The notes under the pieces: generated by a model | The model's input: the letters and a program-made list of their open reading frames with translations, nothing else | Told to the model about the DNA's origin: nothing | Databases searched by the model: none | Shown here: piece after piece, positions 24,263 through 36,200 of the stretch | How positions within the stretch are numbered: the stretch's first letter is position 1 | How the letters are laid out: each line of letters begins with the position of its first letter | From: Klebsormidium nitens | Taxonomy: Eukaryota; Plantae; Klebsormidiophyceae | NCBI GenBank assembly: GCA_000708835.1 | Contig: DF236994.1 | Span: 62,001-126,000, forward strand | Direction of reading: 5' to 3' | Length of the DNA: 64,000 bases | Made by a program: the position numbers and the translations under genes

Positions 24263-27200
24263 TCATCGTAGCTCCGTTTCCGGCGGCCCCTCCGGATCGA
24301 GCTCCTCGAGGCCCTCCATGGCGTCCTCTTCATCGTCCCGGTCTTGTTGGGCGATGTCGTAGTTGATAGACGCCAGCTGGGACAGGTTCTGCAGAGGATT
24401 TGCGAGGATGATTTCGTTAAGCTGGGAAAGCTGTGGGTTCCGCTTGGGCAGGGGTAGATTCCATTCGGACAGGGGTGGGTTCCGCTTGAAGCCAGAGGGT
24501 TAGGCAATCTCACTTGGTTCCTCCAGTCGACCATTTGGGATGGAGCCGAGGTGGAAGCCCAAGCCGCTCTCAGCACTAAGCTGTTAGTATTTAGGTCTAA
24601 TCTGCCTGGAGCAACTGCCAATACCGTACTACCCGAAATCAACCTTGACGATACTACAAGGAGAAGGCGAGATTCAAGATCAAGGATCGGAAGGACCAGC
24701 AAAGGGACCAGGAAATGGCGCACAGCATGTGAACATCGCCAATCACATCGTCTAAAGCGGACACCCCTTCACACGCAGTAAGGCTGACGATTCGACACCC
24801 TGCGAAAATCTTAACCGCTAACAACTTTCCATAACAAAGAAGAGCTTCAAGACGTTGAAACCATAGGAACGCCAAAGCTTACAGCAGAAGCGAAACTGAA
24901 CGCCGGTAAGGAGCTCCAATGGCATAGATGCACCAACAAGGTAAGGAGACCACCAGATCAGGAGAACGATGCTCTGAAGCACCACTCAAATTCAATGAAA
25001 TCAAAACCCCGGAGAGCAGATACGTCAAAAACCAGTCAGATACACGAAATGCTGAGACCCACCTTGAACGAGAACCCGCTGAAGGCGTTGAACTTGGCGC
25101 CGTGCTCTTTTGCGCCCTCGAACCCCTGCAACTCATTCACATTATCCCCCTCCTCCCCCCGCAAGTCCAGCTCACTACTTCCGCTCGTACCACTATAATC
25201 GCTGGAATCCTCAAACTCTCCGCCCCCCCCCTCGGCCGTCCGGTGATTCGCCCCTCCCCCGAGGGAGTCCCACTGTTTCCGCGTGGTAAAGTAGCTGGTG
25301 TCGTCCAGGGAATCGGGCGTCGGTATGAAGGCGGCTTTTTGCCGCGCGAGCGTGTCCCAGCTGATGTCACGGAAGAAGGGATGGTGCTTCACCTCGGCGG
25401 CGCCGCCCGCGCCCAGGCGCAGCTTTGGGTCGGGGGTAAGCAACCTGAGAAAGGGGCGTCAATCTGGGTTAGCAATATAGGATCGGGGCCGGGGTTGATA
25501 ACCGGGGATGGGACTAGCACGCTTTTAAGGCGCAGCTTTGGGTCGGGGGTGAGCAACCTGAGAGGAGGGCGGCAATCTTGGTTAGCACTGTTAGCATTGG
25601 GTTAAGAACCAGGGATGGGAATAGCAGCTTTACGGCGGAGCTTTGGGTCGGGGGTGAGTAACCTGAGAAAAAGGGCGTCAATCTTGGTTAGCATTATAGC
25701 ATTGGGGCCGGGGTAAATAACCGAGGTTGGAACGCACGCTTGAAGGCGCAGCTTTAGGTTGGGGGTAAGCAACCTCGGTCACAAGGAAGTGCATCTGGGT
25801 TGATGATGTCGGGTTGGGGATAGCAACGGGGGATGAGGAAGCACGCTCTAGGCGCAACTTTTGGATCGGGGTACGCAATCTACGGGAGAGGGTGTGAATC
25901 TCGGCTGGCGGTTGGGTCAGGGTTAGCAACTAGGGGAGCGGAAGCCGCCCGTGGATCTGAGTTTGACGACACCCGTTGAAAGAGTGGCAAATCTGGCCTC
26001 GACGACGCACGCTGAGACAGTGGCAAATACTAATTCGTGGGTACACGCTGAGATAGTGGCAAATACTAATTCGTCGGTACACGCTGAGATAGTGGCAAAT
26101 CTTACTTCGACAACACACGCTGAAATAGGGGCAGATCTTGATTGATGGACTATACACAGAAGTAGGGACAGCAAGTGGAGGGCTTCTTGGCACCCACCTG
26201 TCGATGAGGTCCTGCGCCTCGTCCGACATTTCGTCGGGCACGTGGGGCCACGTGATGGTCCGGTTGAGGATGTTGTCGAAGATGGCCTGCGGCGAGTCCG
26301 CGTTGAACGGCGGCACGCCCACCAGGAACTCGTACAAAATCACGCCTACCGACCACCAGTCAGCGGCGGCGGCTGCGGGGATGGTTTAAACTGGTTTACT
26401 GGAGGGTTCGGTTTTGATCAACGTGGCGAGGTTTTGAGGAGGGGGGTTAGTGAGGATGGAAACGGGGTCAGCAAGAGTATGCCGTTAATCTTTGAAGGAG
26501 AGTTGCAAAAGGGCGGCACAGATAGCAAAGTCTCGTACAGGATCACGCCTACCGACCACCAGTCAGCGGCGGCGGCTGCGGAGAAGGTTTGCAGAAGTGG
26601 TTAAGACGGGGTCAGGAAAACATGAGCGAAACTAGAATAGCGTCGTAGAAGGGCAGCACGCCCACCAGAATCTCGTACAAGATCATGCCCACCGACCACC
26701 AATCAGCGGCAGCGGCTGTGGGAGGTCAACGAAGAGGGTTAGAAAAGCAGGGTTAAATAGCAGATTCTTGGAAGGGTATGGTTTTGAGTGAACTAGACGA
26801 GGTTTGAGCAGGGGCACGCCCAGCAGGATCTCGTACAGAACCATTCTTATCGACCCACCAGTCGGCGGCAGGTTAAGACGGGGTTAGGGTTAGTGGGGAG
26901 ATTGGAAAAGGTTTAAGCAGGATTTATGAAGGAGCGACTCGCCCACCAAGACTTCGTTACAAATCCATGCCTACCGACCACCAATGAGCGGCAGCGGCTG
27001 CGAGAGAAATCTGCAGAGGACTTCGGTAACGTTTGCAAAGGGCTTCATTGCGGGTTGGGACGGGGTTAGGTGGGATTGGAAAGGTTCGACAGAGATTTGA
27101 GTAACACGGGATCGATTGCCTTTGCGCAAGAAGCCTGACACTGACCTGAGCTCTTGCGAACTCTAGTTGAAATCCAAGACTACTCTGCAAAGCAACGGAC

Positions 27201-30200
27201 ATGTCTTACACGCCCCAGGGCTAAAAGGAGCTGATACAGAAAGAAGCAGGAGTAGAGCGAAAGTCCGTAATCCAACCGGTCTGAAACACAATTGCAACAC
27301 TTACTATGCCCGGTTCCCAGCAGGATCTCCGGGGCCAAGTAGTCGGGGGTCCCTACTGCCCCTCGCTCGCGCCTTAGCCGTTGCTCTTCCAAGGAGGGGG
27401 GGTGGCCGTCCTGCCCGGAAGACCCCCCCGTCGAAGTGGAGGCGAGTTCGTCGGTGCTGTTTATGAGGCCCACGCGGGAGAGCCCGAAGTCGGTCAACTG
27501 CACAACAAGGAAATATCGTCAAGAAACACGTTACGGAACGGTACGGTTTCAGTGATAGGAGTGCCTCTCACACTTGGGCCCATTCACTATTTTACAGCTA
27601 GCGGCCTCACATGCAACTGTACAAAATCGGTGAAGGTCAATGGACAACGTCAGCTGGTGTGCATTCGGGTGGCTTGCGATAAGCTTATGGCAGGTCAAGT
27701 AGTCAACGAAAAGGTCCAACACCCCAGACCTACTAACATCCTTGAAAGAGGGCAGAGTGAACGTCCGGCGGCGCCAGTATGCCCACTCTGACTAAGTAGC
27801 GGCCAACTTCAGTTGGTACCTTGGTTCCGTCCAACTCAAACCCTTGGCAGCTTTCCGAGCCCTCAACCACCCACCTCGATATTTACGTCATACACGATCA
27901 GCATGTCGTCGCGCTTGATCTTCAAAACCTCTAAAAAGCCCAAGGAAATAACGAATTCCGCTCAGCTATCAAGCAATAAACGTAGTAGGGGACGATTCTG
28001 CTCGTCCTTAAAAGAAAGGACAGATTTACAAAGAGGTTTCGCTCACCTTGATGTGCCCGTCGTGCGCGATTAGCATATTATCCGGCTTCAGATCCCTGTG
28101 CACCACTCCCAGCCCGTGCAGATACTCCAACGCCAACACCGTCTCCGCAATGTACCTCATCGCCATGTCCTCTTCAAAACAGCCCAGGCCCCTCAGAAGC
28201 GAGTAGCAGTCCCCCCCGTTTGCATATTCCATGACGAGATAGAGGTTGTCGCGGCACGTGAAGGAGTAGAAGAAGCGCACGACGAACGGGTTGCGCGCGT
28301 AGATCAGGATGTCGCGCTCCGCCTTGACGCTCTCGACGGCGTTCTTGCGGATCATGTCCGACTTGCGCAGCACCTGCGGGGCAAGAGAGTCCGTGTCAAT
28401 CAGATCTCTTTTCCTTCTTCGGAAAAACTACTGAGCTTAAACCCTCTTAGTGCTCGCAACGGCGTTTTTACGGATTACGTCCCACTTGCGCAGCACCTGC
28501 GGGGGTTTGAGATCCGTATCGACAAAGAACAAAGACATATCCCGCTTTGACCGCTTTCCGATATCATCCTAAGAAGGCTTGTTCGTTCATTCGGCGTTTT
28601 TGGAGAGTACACTGGTAGGATGTCCTCATTCTAGTCGTTGAACATTCAAACCTTTTGCTATATGTTGTTTGATGACCCAAAGCAATAGCAGGTCATCTAA
28701 AAAGTCCGCTGGCCTGATCCTAGTATCGACCTCCTTGATTAAGCACGAAAGACGTACGTGCAGTAACCTGTCTCATAGAATGTTTCTGCTGGTGAAGAAA
28801 GTTAGCGTCACTCTCTTATGCCTAAATCCGGCGTTGTTGACTTGAGTAAACGAATGCAGAACGCCTCTTCAAGAGGCTTCATTTGAATCAGACCTCTCAG
28901 CAAGAGCTTACAGAACCAGTCTTTCATCAGACGGGGTCTAGGGGCATTCCGTTCAAATTGCTTACCCAAGAATTTTCACGTGCAACTCAACGAGAACTCG
29001 TCGAATGGTCTACCACTCATCGTGAAGAGTTGGCCGCATGAATTCTGACTCGCTATATAGAGCCTCCTTAAAGAATGTTGCAGAAATCACTGGGAAGTGA
29101 TAAACTTCACCTTCATTGCGAAGAGGTCCCCAGTCGCCCGTTTCCGTGCGAGAAACACGCGCCCGTACGCCCCCCGGCTGATCGGTTTTATTATCTCAAA
29201 GTCGTCGATCGTCACGCGGTCCTTTGGCGGGTTGGAGGGAGTGCCCGGCGCGAACTGCGCCCCCGAGGCGTCTTCCCGCGGCGGACCGGCGTCCTCTCCC
29301 TCCATTGGAAGCGCCGAACCGGCGTCGGCAATGGACGTTTGGAGCACCTTGTGCTTTTCTCTGAGAAGACAGGAAAAAAGGCTCGACAACGACGGATTAA
29401 AGCCTGAAGACAATCTGGAAATTGACTCTTCGATTCCGAATTGTGAGCCCCGGCAGGAGTGCCCGGAGTGAATTGCGCCCTCGGGGCGTCTTCCCGCCGG
29501 CGGACTGGCGTCTTCTCCCTCCATTGGAAGCGCCGAAACGGCGTCGGCAACCAACGCTTGTAATGCCTTGTGCTTCTCCCTAACAAGGAGAAGAACGAAG
29601 CTCGGGCAAGAGATATATAAACTTGTGAATAGGAACCGGATGAAGGGGCCAGTTTTCTCTTCCTCGAGCGGAAGTGCCGAAACGCAGTCGTATATTGCCG
29701 TTTGAAGCACCTTGTGCTTCTCTCTGGCAGGACAGGAAAGAAGGACGGCTCGACGACGGAAAGTATATATAAGGTTGCGAGTTTGAAGAGAGGCCCGAAG
29801 CCGCGTTTCCTTCAGAATGGGAAGTTACGGCAGAAGTACTGGACGAGCTTTCGGTTTCAAATTGCAAAAAACGTGTTTTTACATTTCTCATGGTTGAAGT
29901 GCCAAATCCTTTTAAGTCATGCAATCCTTCGACCCTATATGCTGACTCTACTTGAGATCGAATCCATGTGCCGCCCGACCATCCAACGACGTCCTGCAGC
30001 GTCGACAAGCCGCCTCTTCGATCCGGCACGGCTTGCAATTCAGAGAGTGCCAAATTCTCTCAGTTCCCCAAACCTTAAAAGCCATTCCAGAATTTGAAAA
30101 CCCACCTTAGATTCTGATCCACGTGCCGCCCAAACGTCTCGAACACGACCTGCAGCCACGACTTGACCCCCTCCCAATCCGACTCGTCTCGCAAAGCAAG

Positions 30201-33200
30201 ATTTGCCGGGGGGTGTAGAGCTCAAGAAAGTGAAGACTTCGCAATCTTCAAACAAAGTCTTGAAACTCACCTCAGGATCTGATCCACCCGCCGCCCGAAC
30301 GTCTCGAACACCACCTGCAGCCACGACTCGCCGCCCCCCCATTCCGGTTCGTCCCGCAACACCCCATCTAATAAGTCCTGGAGATCCTCTATGCACGACC
30401 AGCACTGCTCGACGGCGTCCTCCTGCTGGGGGGTCACCTCCGCGCCGCAGTGGGCAATGTCGACCAGCTCTTCCATCTGCGTGATGGCCCACTTCTCCTC
30501 TTCCGTCTGGTCGCGCCGCGTGTCCTCCTGCAAGGAAAGCAGTTTTCATCCATTTGAAAGGGTTCTTCTACTTACCAAGTATTAAACAAAAACTCTTCTA
30601 TTGATGAGATGGCCTACTCATCGTCTTCCGTCTGGTCGCGCTGCGTGTCCTCCTGCAAAAGAAGGGTGGTCTCATCCAGATTGATATCAACTTTCTCAAG
30701 AAACAAAGTGGCAAGTGAGGGCCCATCGTTTGCAGCTGCGTGATGGCCCACTTCTCTTGTTCCATCTGGTCGCGGCGAGTGTCCTCCTGCGAGAAAAGTG
30801 TTTCTACTTCCTGGAGATATACAGATTTCCCATTGATGCAAGAGGGTAGGCTTTCACTTGGGATGCCACATGCTTTTATGTGGGGGGTCTTGTCGTACCC
30901 TGAAGAGGCAATTCCGGAACGAAGAAGGAACGAGAATGGACACAAGCAGGAAGTCAGGACGAGAGCGAGAAAGGCACCAGACAGACGGGGCTAGAACGCT
31001 GAGCAACTTTTAACTCCACCATACGACGCCAGGTAGAAGTCAAAAAAATGGACTCAATCCCTTAGCGACTAGCAAGTTCTCCTAAGCGCCCGATACTCAA
31101 CATCACAGGCCAGAGAACTCCAGCCCGGGTTCTAGCTTTTTAAAGACTGCACAAGAGCGTCCAATGAACCCTCAGCGTCCCATCAGCTCCGTTCGCGATA
31201 TTTCAGCGCCCCGATTTCCTCACCTCCTCGTCCCAGTCGGAGAAGTCCTCTTCCCGTCCGCTGTGCAGCACCGACCCCAAGTCACTGCTGCCCTGTTGCT
31301 TCAGGTCTAGGTCCATCGACCGCCGCAGACTGGCCTCGAGCGCGCCACTCCCCTGTTTGCGCGCCAAAAGCGTGGAGATGCGCTCCCCCGGGAGCTCGTG
31401 ACTGCGCGGCGTGCCCGACGCGCCTGCAAACAAGTTGCCCGAGGAAGAGGTTAGTCTCAAAAGTTAGACATGAGAGTCGGACCCAGGTAAAGCTTCCGGG
31501 TAGAAGCTTGAGGTCCAAGGTAGAGAAATGGACTGCAAGTAGAGGGTTGGAATCTTAGGTAGACCAAAAAACTTCCCAGGTACAGACTGGAATATCCAGG
31601 TAGGGTTTGGAGTACCATAAAACATAACGATAGAAAAGAGAATCGTACGCTTCAGTTATGCAAGGAGCTCAGAAAAAGGTTCTCCTGCTGTCCGGTCGGC
31701 TGAGGGGTGAGCTTGAGAGCGAAAGGGTTAAGATCATTTAACATCAGCGGAAATGCTTAGAGAAAGGAATACGACAACGAATCTGCTCCGACCTAGAGTT
31801 TGTAGAGCAGTGCCCTACTCGATATCGCTCGGGGAAGCTTGTGAACTGAAGTGAGCCTTGAAGGCAGGCCAATCTGGTGGCCGAAAACTCTTAGCGTCTA
31901 ACGCAGGTGTTGTCAGTCCCAACAACCAATTGAAAGCTCTAAGGCTGGTCTGCTCCCTCAAAAAACCATATGCATTGCGCAACAGGCAGAAAACCTTCCC
32001 AGACCCCGGTCAAGCTTAGGCCCACACCCTCACCTGACGACGGCGACCCCTCTCTTTCTTTCGGCGCCGGCTCCAGAATCCCCGCGGCCGCCGCCACCGC
32101 TTCCGCGTGCTTCCGATCCTCCAACGTCGCGTAATCCACTTCGTGGAACGACGCACTGCGTCCAAACGGCGACTTCACGTCCCCCCCCTGCGGCCGCCTC
32201 ACGGCCGGGCTGCCGCTCGAATCGCTCCAGGTTCCGCTCCGGTGGTGGATCGACGTTTGGACGGCGGGGGGCCGTCCGGGGCTGTCCGAAAAGCTGCCGG
32301 ACGTCGTCACCCCGGACTTGGTCCGTATCGGGCTCTCCGGCCACTTATTGCTCTTGCTGTGGCCCAGTTTCGTGAGCTCCGATTCGGAGCTGTGAGTGGA
32401 TCCCCCCAGTTTGAGCGGGCTCAGCGCGCCCCGGCCCTGCCACATCGGCTCGTGCGGCTTGAGCGGCGAACTCGTGCTTCGCAGGGGGGACGCGAACGAG
32501 CGGATCGCGGGGCTGCCGCCGAACGAACTCCCCCCCCCGCGCCCCGCGAGGAGCGACTCGTGCATCGGGGACATAAGCGGGGAGACGAACGCGCCATAAG
32601 GTCCTGCGGAGAAGCGCGAGTCGGGCGTGCCCGCGAACCCGACGCGCGTGGAGTCGGTGAGGGCGTCGTCTTGCGGGTTGAGCATGGACTCCATCTCGTA
32701 TGCAAGGTTCTGCAGGCGCTCGTCCAGGGAGAAGTGCTTGGCGTCGCAGCGGTCGGCGGCCGCGCACAGGCGGCTGTGCTCCTCCAAGTATGCGTTGCTC
32801 ACCTAGAAAAAGAAGGGCGGACACTCACTTAACAAGTATTCCAAGCAGATTGGCATTTCAAGGAATACCTCAGGACCGGCGTTGGATTACGTTCAATGTG
32901 GCTGCCGACGATGCTACAAAGTTCATTTCCCGTACAATAGCGTTCACCAATATTCCTATGTGTTAAGTAAGCACAAGCGCGTTGCACCGCGCGACGAAAA
33001 ACCTCGACTGCAGTCCAATCTCAAGAGTGAAGGCGCACCACCTTCCTGACCTTTCTACTTAGACAACGGAGAACTCATAGAAAGATGAGTCGAAGCGTTA
33101 GAGAACATAAGTACTACGTGAGCCCAGATCCATAAAAGCATCTCGATGATCCAGGCCCCCACCTGGCGCTCGCAAATTCGGCACACCACAAACCGGTGCC

Positions 33201-36200
33201 GCGCCGGCGACTTGCTCGGCGCTCGGACGTCCGGACTCCATGCCCACCGACTCCTCATCCGGTCCGCCGTCCGAGGACTCGGTGACGCCTTTCCGCTCCC
33301 CCGGGCTCCGCTCTGGTCGCTTCCGACGCTTTGCAACGAAACCAGCGCAGGCTCTGAGGTAACCCGGGTTAAGCCCCCAGGCTGCATCCGGGTTAGCGCG
33401 CCGGAGCTCTCACGCGAGGGGGGCGGGCTTTCCACGGCTTCATCGCCCCCCGCATTGGGGATGCTCACTCGTAGCTGCTCGTTGGGCTTTTTGATCGAGG
33501 GCGACCGGGCCGATTCGGACGGGCTTCGCGCAAGGGGGGGTAGCATCGCCCCTGGCCGTGACCCCCCTGGGCTGACGCCGTCGCCAGCTTCGGGCGGCTT
33601 CTCCGCGGCAGGGGCCGCTGCCCCCGGGCTGATGTCACCTCCCCCGAGGTCGTCCTTCGCGCGCATCGCCGCCGCCCGCCATGACGTCACCTTCTGCACC
33701 AGCCCAAACGGCTCGGCCTTTGTCAAGTCAGCGGGCGTTTCTTTGGGGCCCTCGTCTGGGTTCTCTAAACCCTCCAGGTTTTCGGACCAGTCCGACAAAC
33801 CGCTTTCAATCCGCTCGAGCCGCCGTTGCTTCTCCAGTGAGTGTAACCAGTCTAACGGAACCTCCGTTCCCACGGGCAAGCTCCCCGCGCCCGCTAGCCG
33901 TTTTCCGGGGGATCCCCCTGGCCCCCGCCGCTCGGGACTGCGCGCCGTCCAGGCCCGGTCCAACTTCGGCTCGGCCACCGGCCAGCTTTTCTTCCCGTCG
34001 CCCCCCCCCGGGGCGTTCCACGTAGCAGACGACAGATCCCGGTCGATCGCAAACCCCTCTTTCTGGAATTGGAGCAACCGTGTGCAGCGCGTGAGGATGA
34101 ACAGGAGCCGCGTGTGCAGCCGCTTGAGCGCGCCCACCGGCAGGTCTTTTCTCTCCTCGTCTAGTTTGGCCACCAGCGCCTCGCACTCCGTCCGGAACGA
34201 CTCCGCCGACATTGCCTGGCACTGCTTCGCGGAATCCAAAAGTTTCTCAAGCTTCGGCACATCCACTTCCGGACTCGTCCCCGTTCCCCCGAAACTGTTC
34301 CGCCGTGACCCCGTTTCCTCCCCCCCGCGGCTGGCCCTCCGGCCGCCCCCCGAAAAGAAACCCAACAACGAAGTCGTTCCTTCCGGGGTCCCAACGGAAG
34401 GCTTCGGCGGAGCGGATTTGTCGATCATTTCCTGCACTTCTCTCGTGAAGGTTTGAAGCTCGGTGTTCACTTCTTCCTTCGCGGCGTTGAACTTCAAGTC
34501 TAGTGCCTCAAGGAGGCCGTTCACGACGCCCGAGGCGACCTTGCTCCGCCACCCGACGGGACTCGCAAGCGGGACGTTGGGTTCCAAGCTCGCGCCGTGA
34601 ACGTCCCAGGAGGCCGAGATTTGACGAGCCAGGCTCTGCATTGAAAGGAGAAAAAAAATCTCCTTCATAAACCTTCGGACAGTGGGACTCTGCGTGGCTG
34701 TGAAGCCTTATTTTCAGTGGGGATCGATGAACGAAACTTCTCGAACAGGCCTGGAGGCTTAAAAGGATCGCCCTTCCAGAAATCCGTTCGCTGCATAATT
34801 AGCAGAGACGAAGTTGAGAGAGTAACCCTTGACTGTATAAGAAAGAACATACGAAGGGCACGTGTGAGCCTGTGTTGAGGGATCTCACAAAGAGGCAAAG
34901 ACAGTCACAAAACTATTTCCGAACAATCGGACAAGGACAAGAGACTAACCTGAGGAGAGAGTGTCCCCCCGTTGGATGCCCTCGGAGACAGCTGGCGGGG
35001 AGTGCTGGATGCGCGCAGGAGCGCTGCAATGCTCTGAGACTCTGCAGCTGCGGACCCGAGGCTAGTGGGGGAGACAATGGGGAGGGACGGCGAGAACTGC
35101 ATGAAACGAGGCCAATCAAACAAGGAAAAGTGACCCTCTTAATGCACAGAAACGCAAGGACCGAGAGGCAGAATGCAGGTGGCTCCATTCTGTAAGCAGA
35201 ACCCCTGTTCAGGACAAAGGTACAGATTATTCGAGGCCATTTGGAGCAGCCGCAAGGGGAATGGAGTAGTTGCAACCTGGTGCTCCTTCGCTTAACGACC
35301 GTTGGCAATTAAGGGCGCAGTTCGCAAGGAAAATACTTTGAAGCCGCAGCCAGATGCTGCGCATCTTCTCCCTCCTGATTGTAGATCAGGGGAGAATGGA
35401 AAGACGAACCTGCACTTCAATATGCCGGCGACACCTATCAAACACCAAGCCCAACTCGAAGTATAAACATTCCTGCCCAGCTGCAACAACCAGTCATCTT
35501 CCTGAAAAGAGACGCCACGACATGCTGATGTCACTCACCAGGCCCTCGGGTACCTGGTAGCTCGGACTGTCCGGGGGCTGAACCACCAGGTCGTCCCACG
35601 CCCGGAATTTCACGCGGCTCGTCGGTTCCACTTTTTCGAGGTCGTCCTGCATAGCCAGCTTCCCCAGCTTGTCCGCAAATGCGCGCATCTCAGTCCGTGC
35701 GTCCGAAACCCCCCGCGCCAGGTGCGAGCGCTTGGGGGGGGAGCCGACAGCGGAGCTGGGATGCCGAGGGGAGCGCCTGCTTTGAGAGATGGGGGGAAAC
35801 TTTGTCACGACTGATCAGATGGGTTAAAGCATGGGTTAGCCTTACTGGCTGCCTGGTATTTCCACCGGCCGAGCTGGGATGGAGGAAGATACTTGCTCGG
35901 AGAGACTGGAGGGGAGAGGGGTGATTGAAAGCAGTGGGCATGGATTTGATTGAAGATAGTGGTTCGGACCCTTTTGCTTCAAGGACGTGGTCTACGAAAT
36001 GTCCTGTGTTTTCGACATATCTGCAAAAGCATGCATTGACAGGCACCAACTGAAGCAATGTCACACACGCCCACGTTGCGCCGTAGGTAAGCTGCACAAC
36101 GTCTGCAAAGGCAGTTCAACTCTCACCTCTGTGGGGGCGAGACCGACGACGCCCGCTGCAAGGGTCTTTCCCTTTCCATCGACTCCGCAGGGTCCGTGAT

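Noticed and set aside
25417-25890. Repeat-spacer appearance resembling a CRISPR array (also 49915-50241)
   Set aside because: The repeats are copies of the adjacent exon start, the spacers are homologous to each other, the context is a eukaryotic intron, and there are no cas genes.
27600-27680. Possible echo of the IRE exon 9 acceptor in intron 8 (also a weak one in intron 11 at about 24420)
   Set aside because: Only a few matching bases after the AG; not distinguishable from chance.
33146-34456. 436-aa plus-strand ORF (also 32107-32832, 30203-30484 and 24928-25605)
   Set aside because: Antisense shadows of GC-rich IRE exons; low-complexity translations with no domain.
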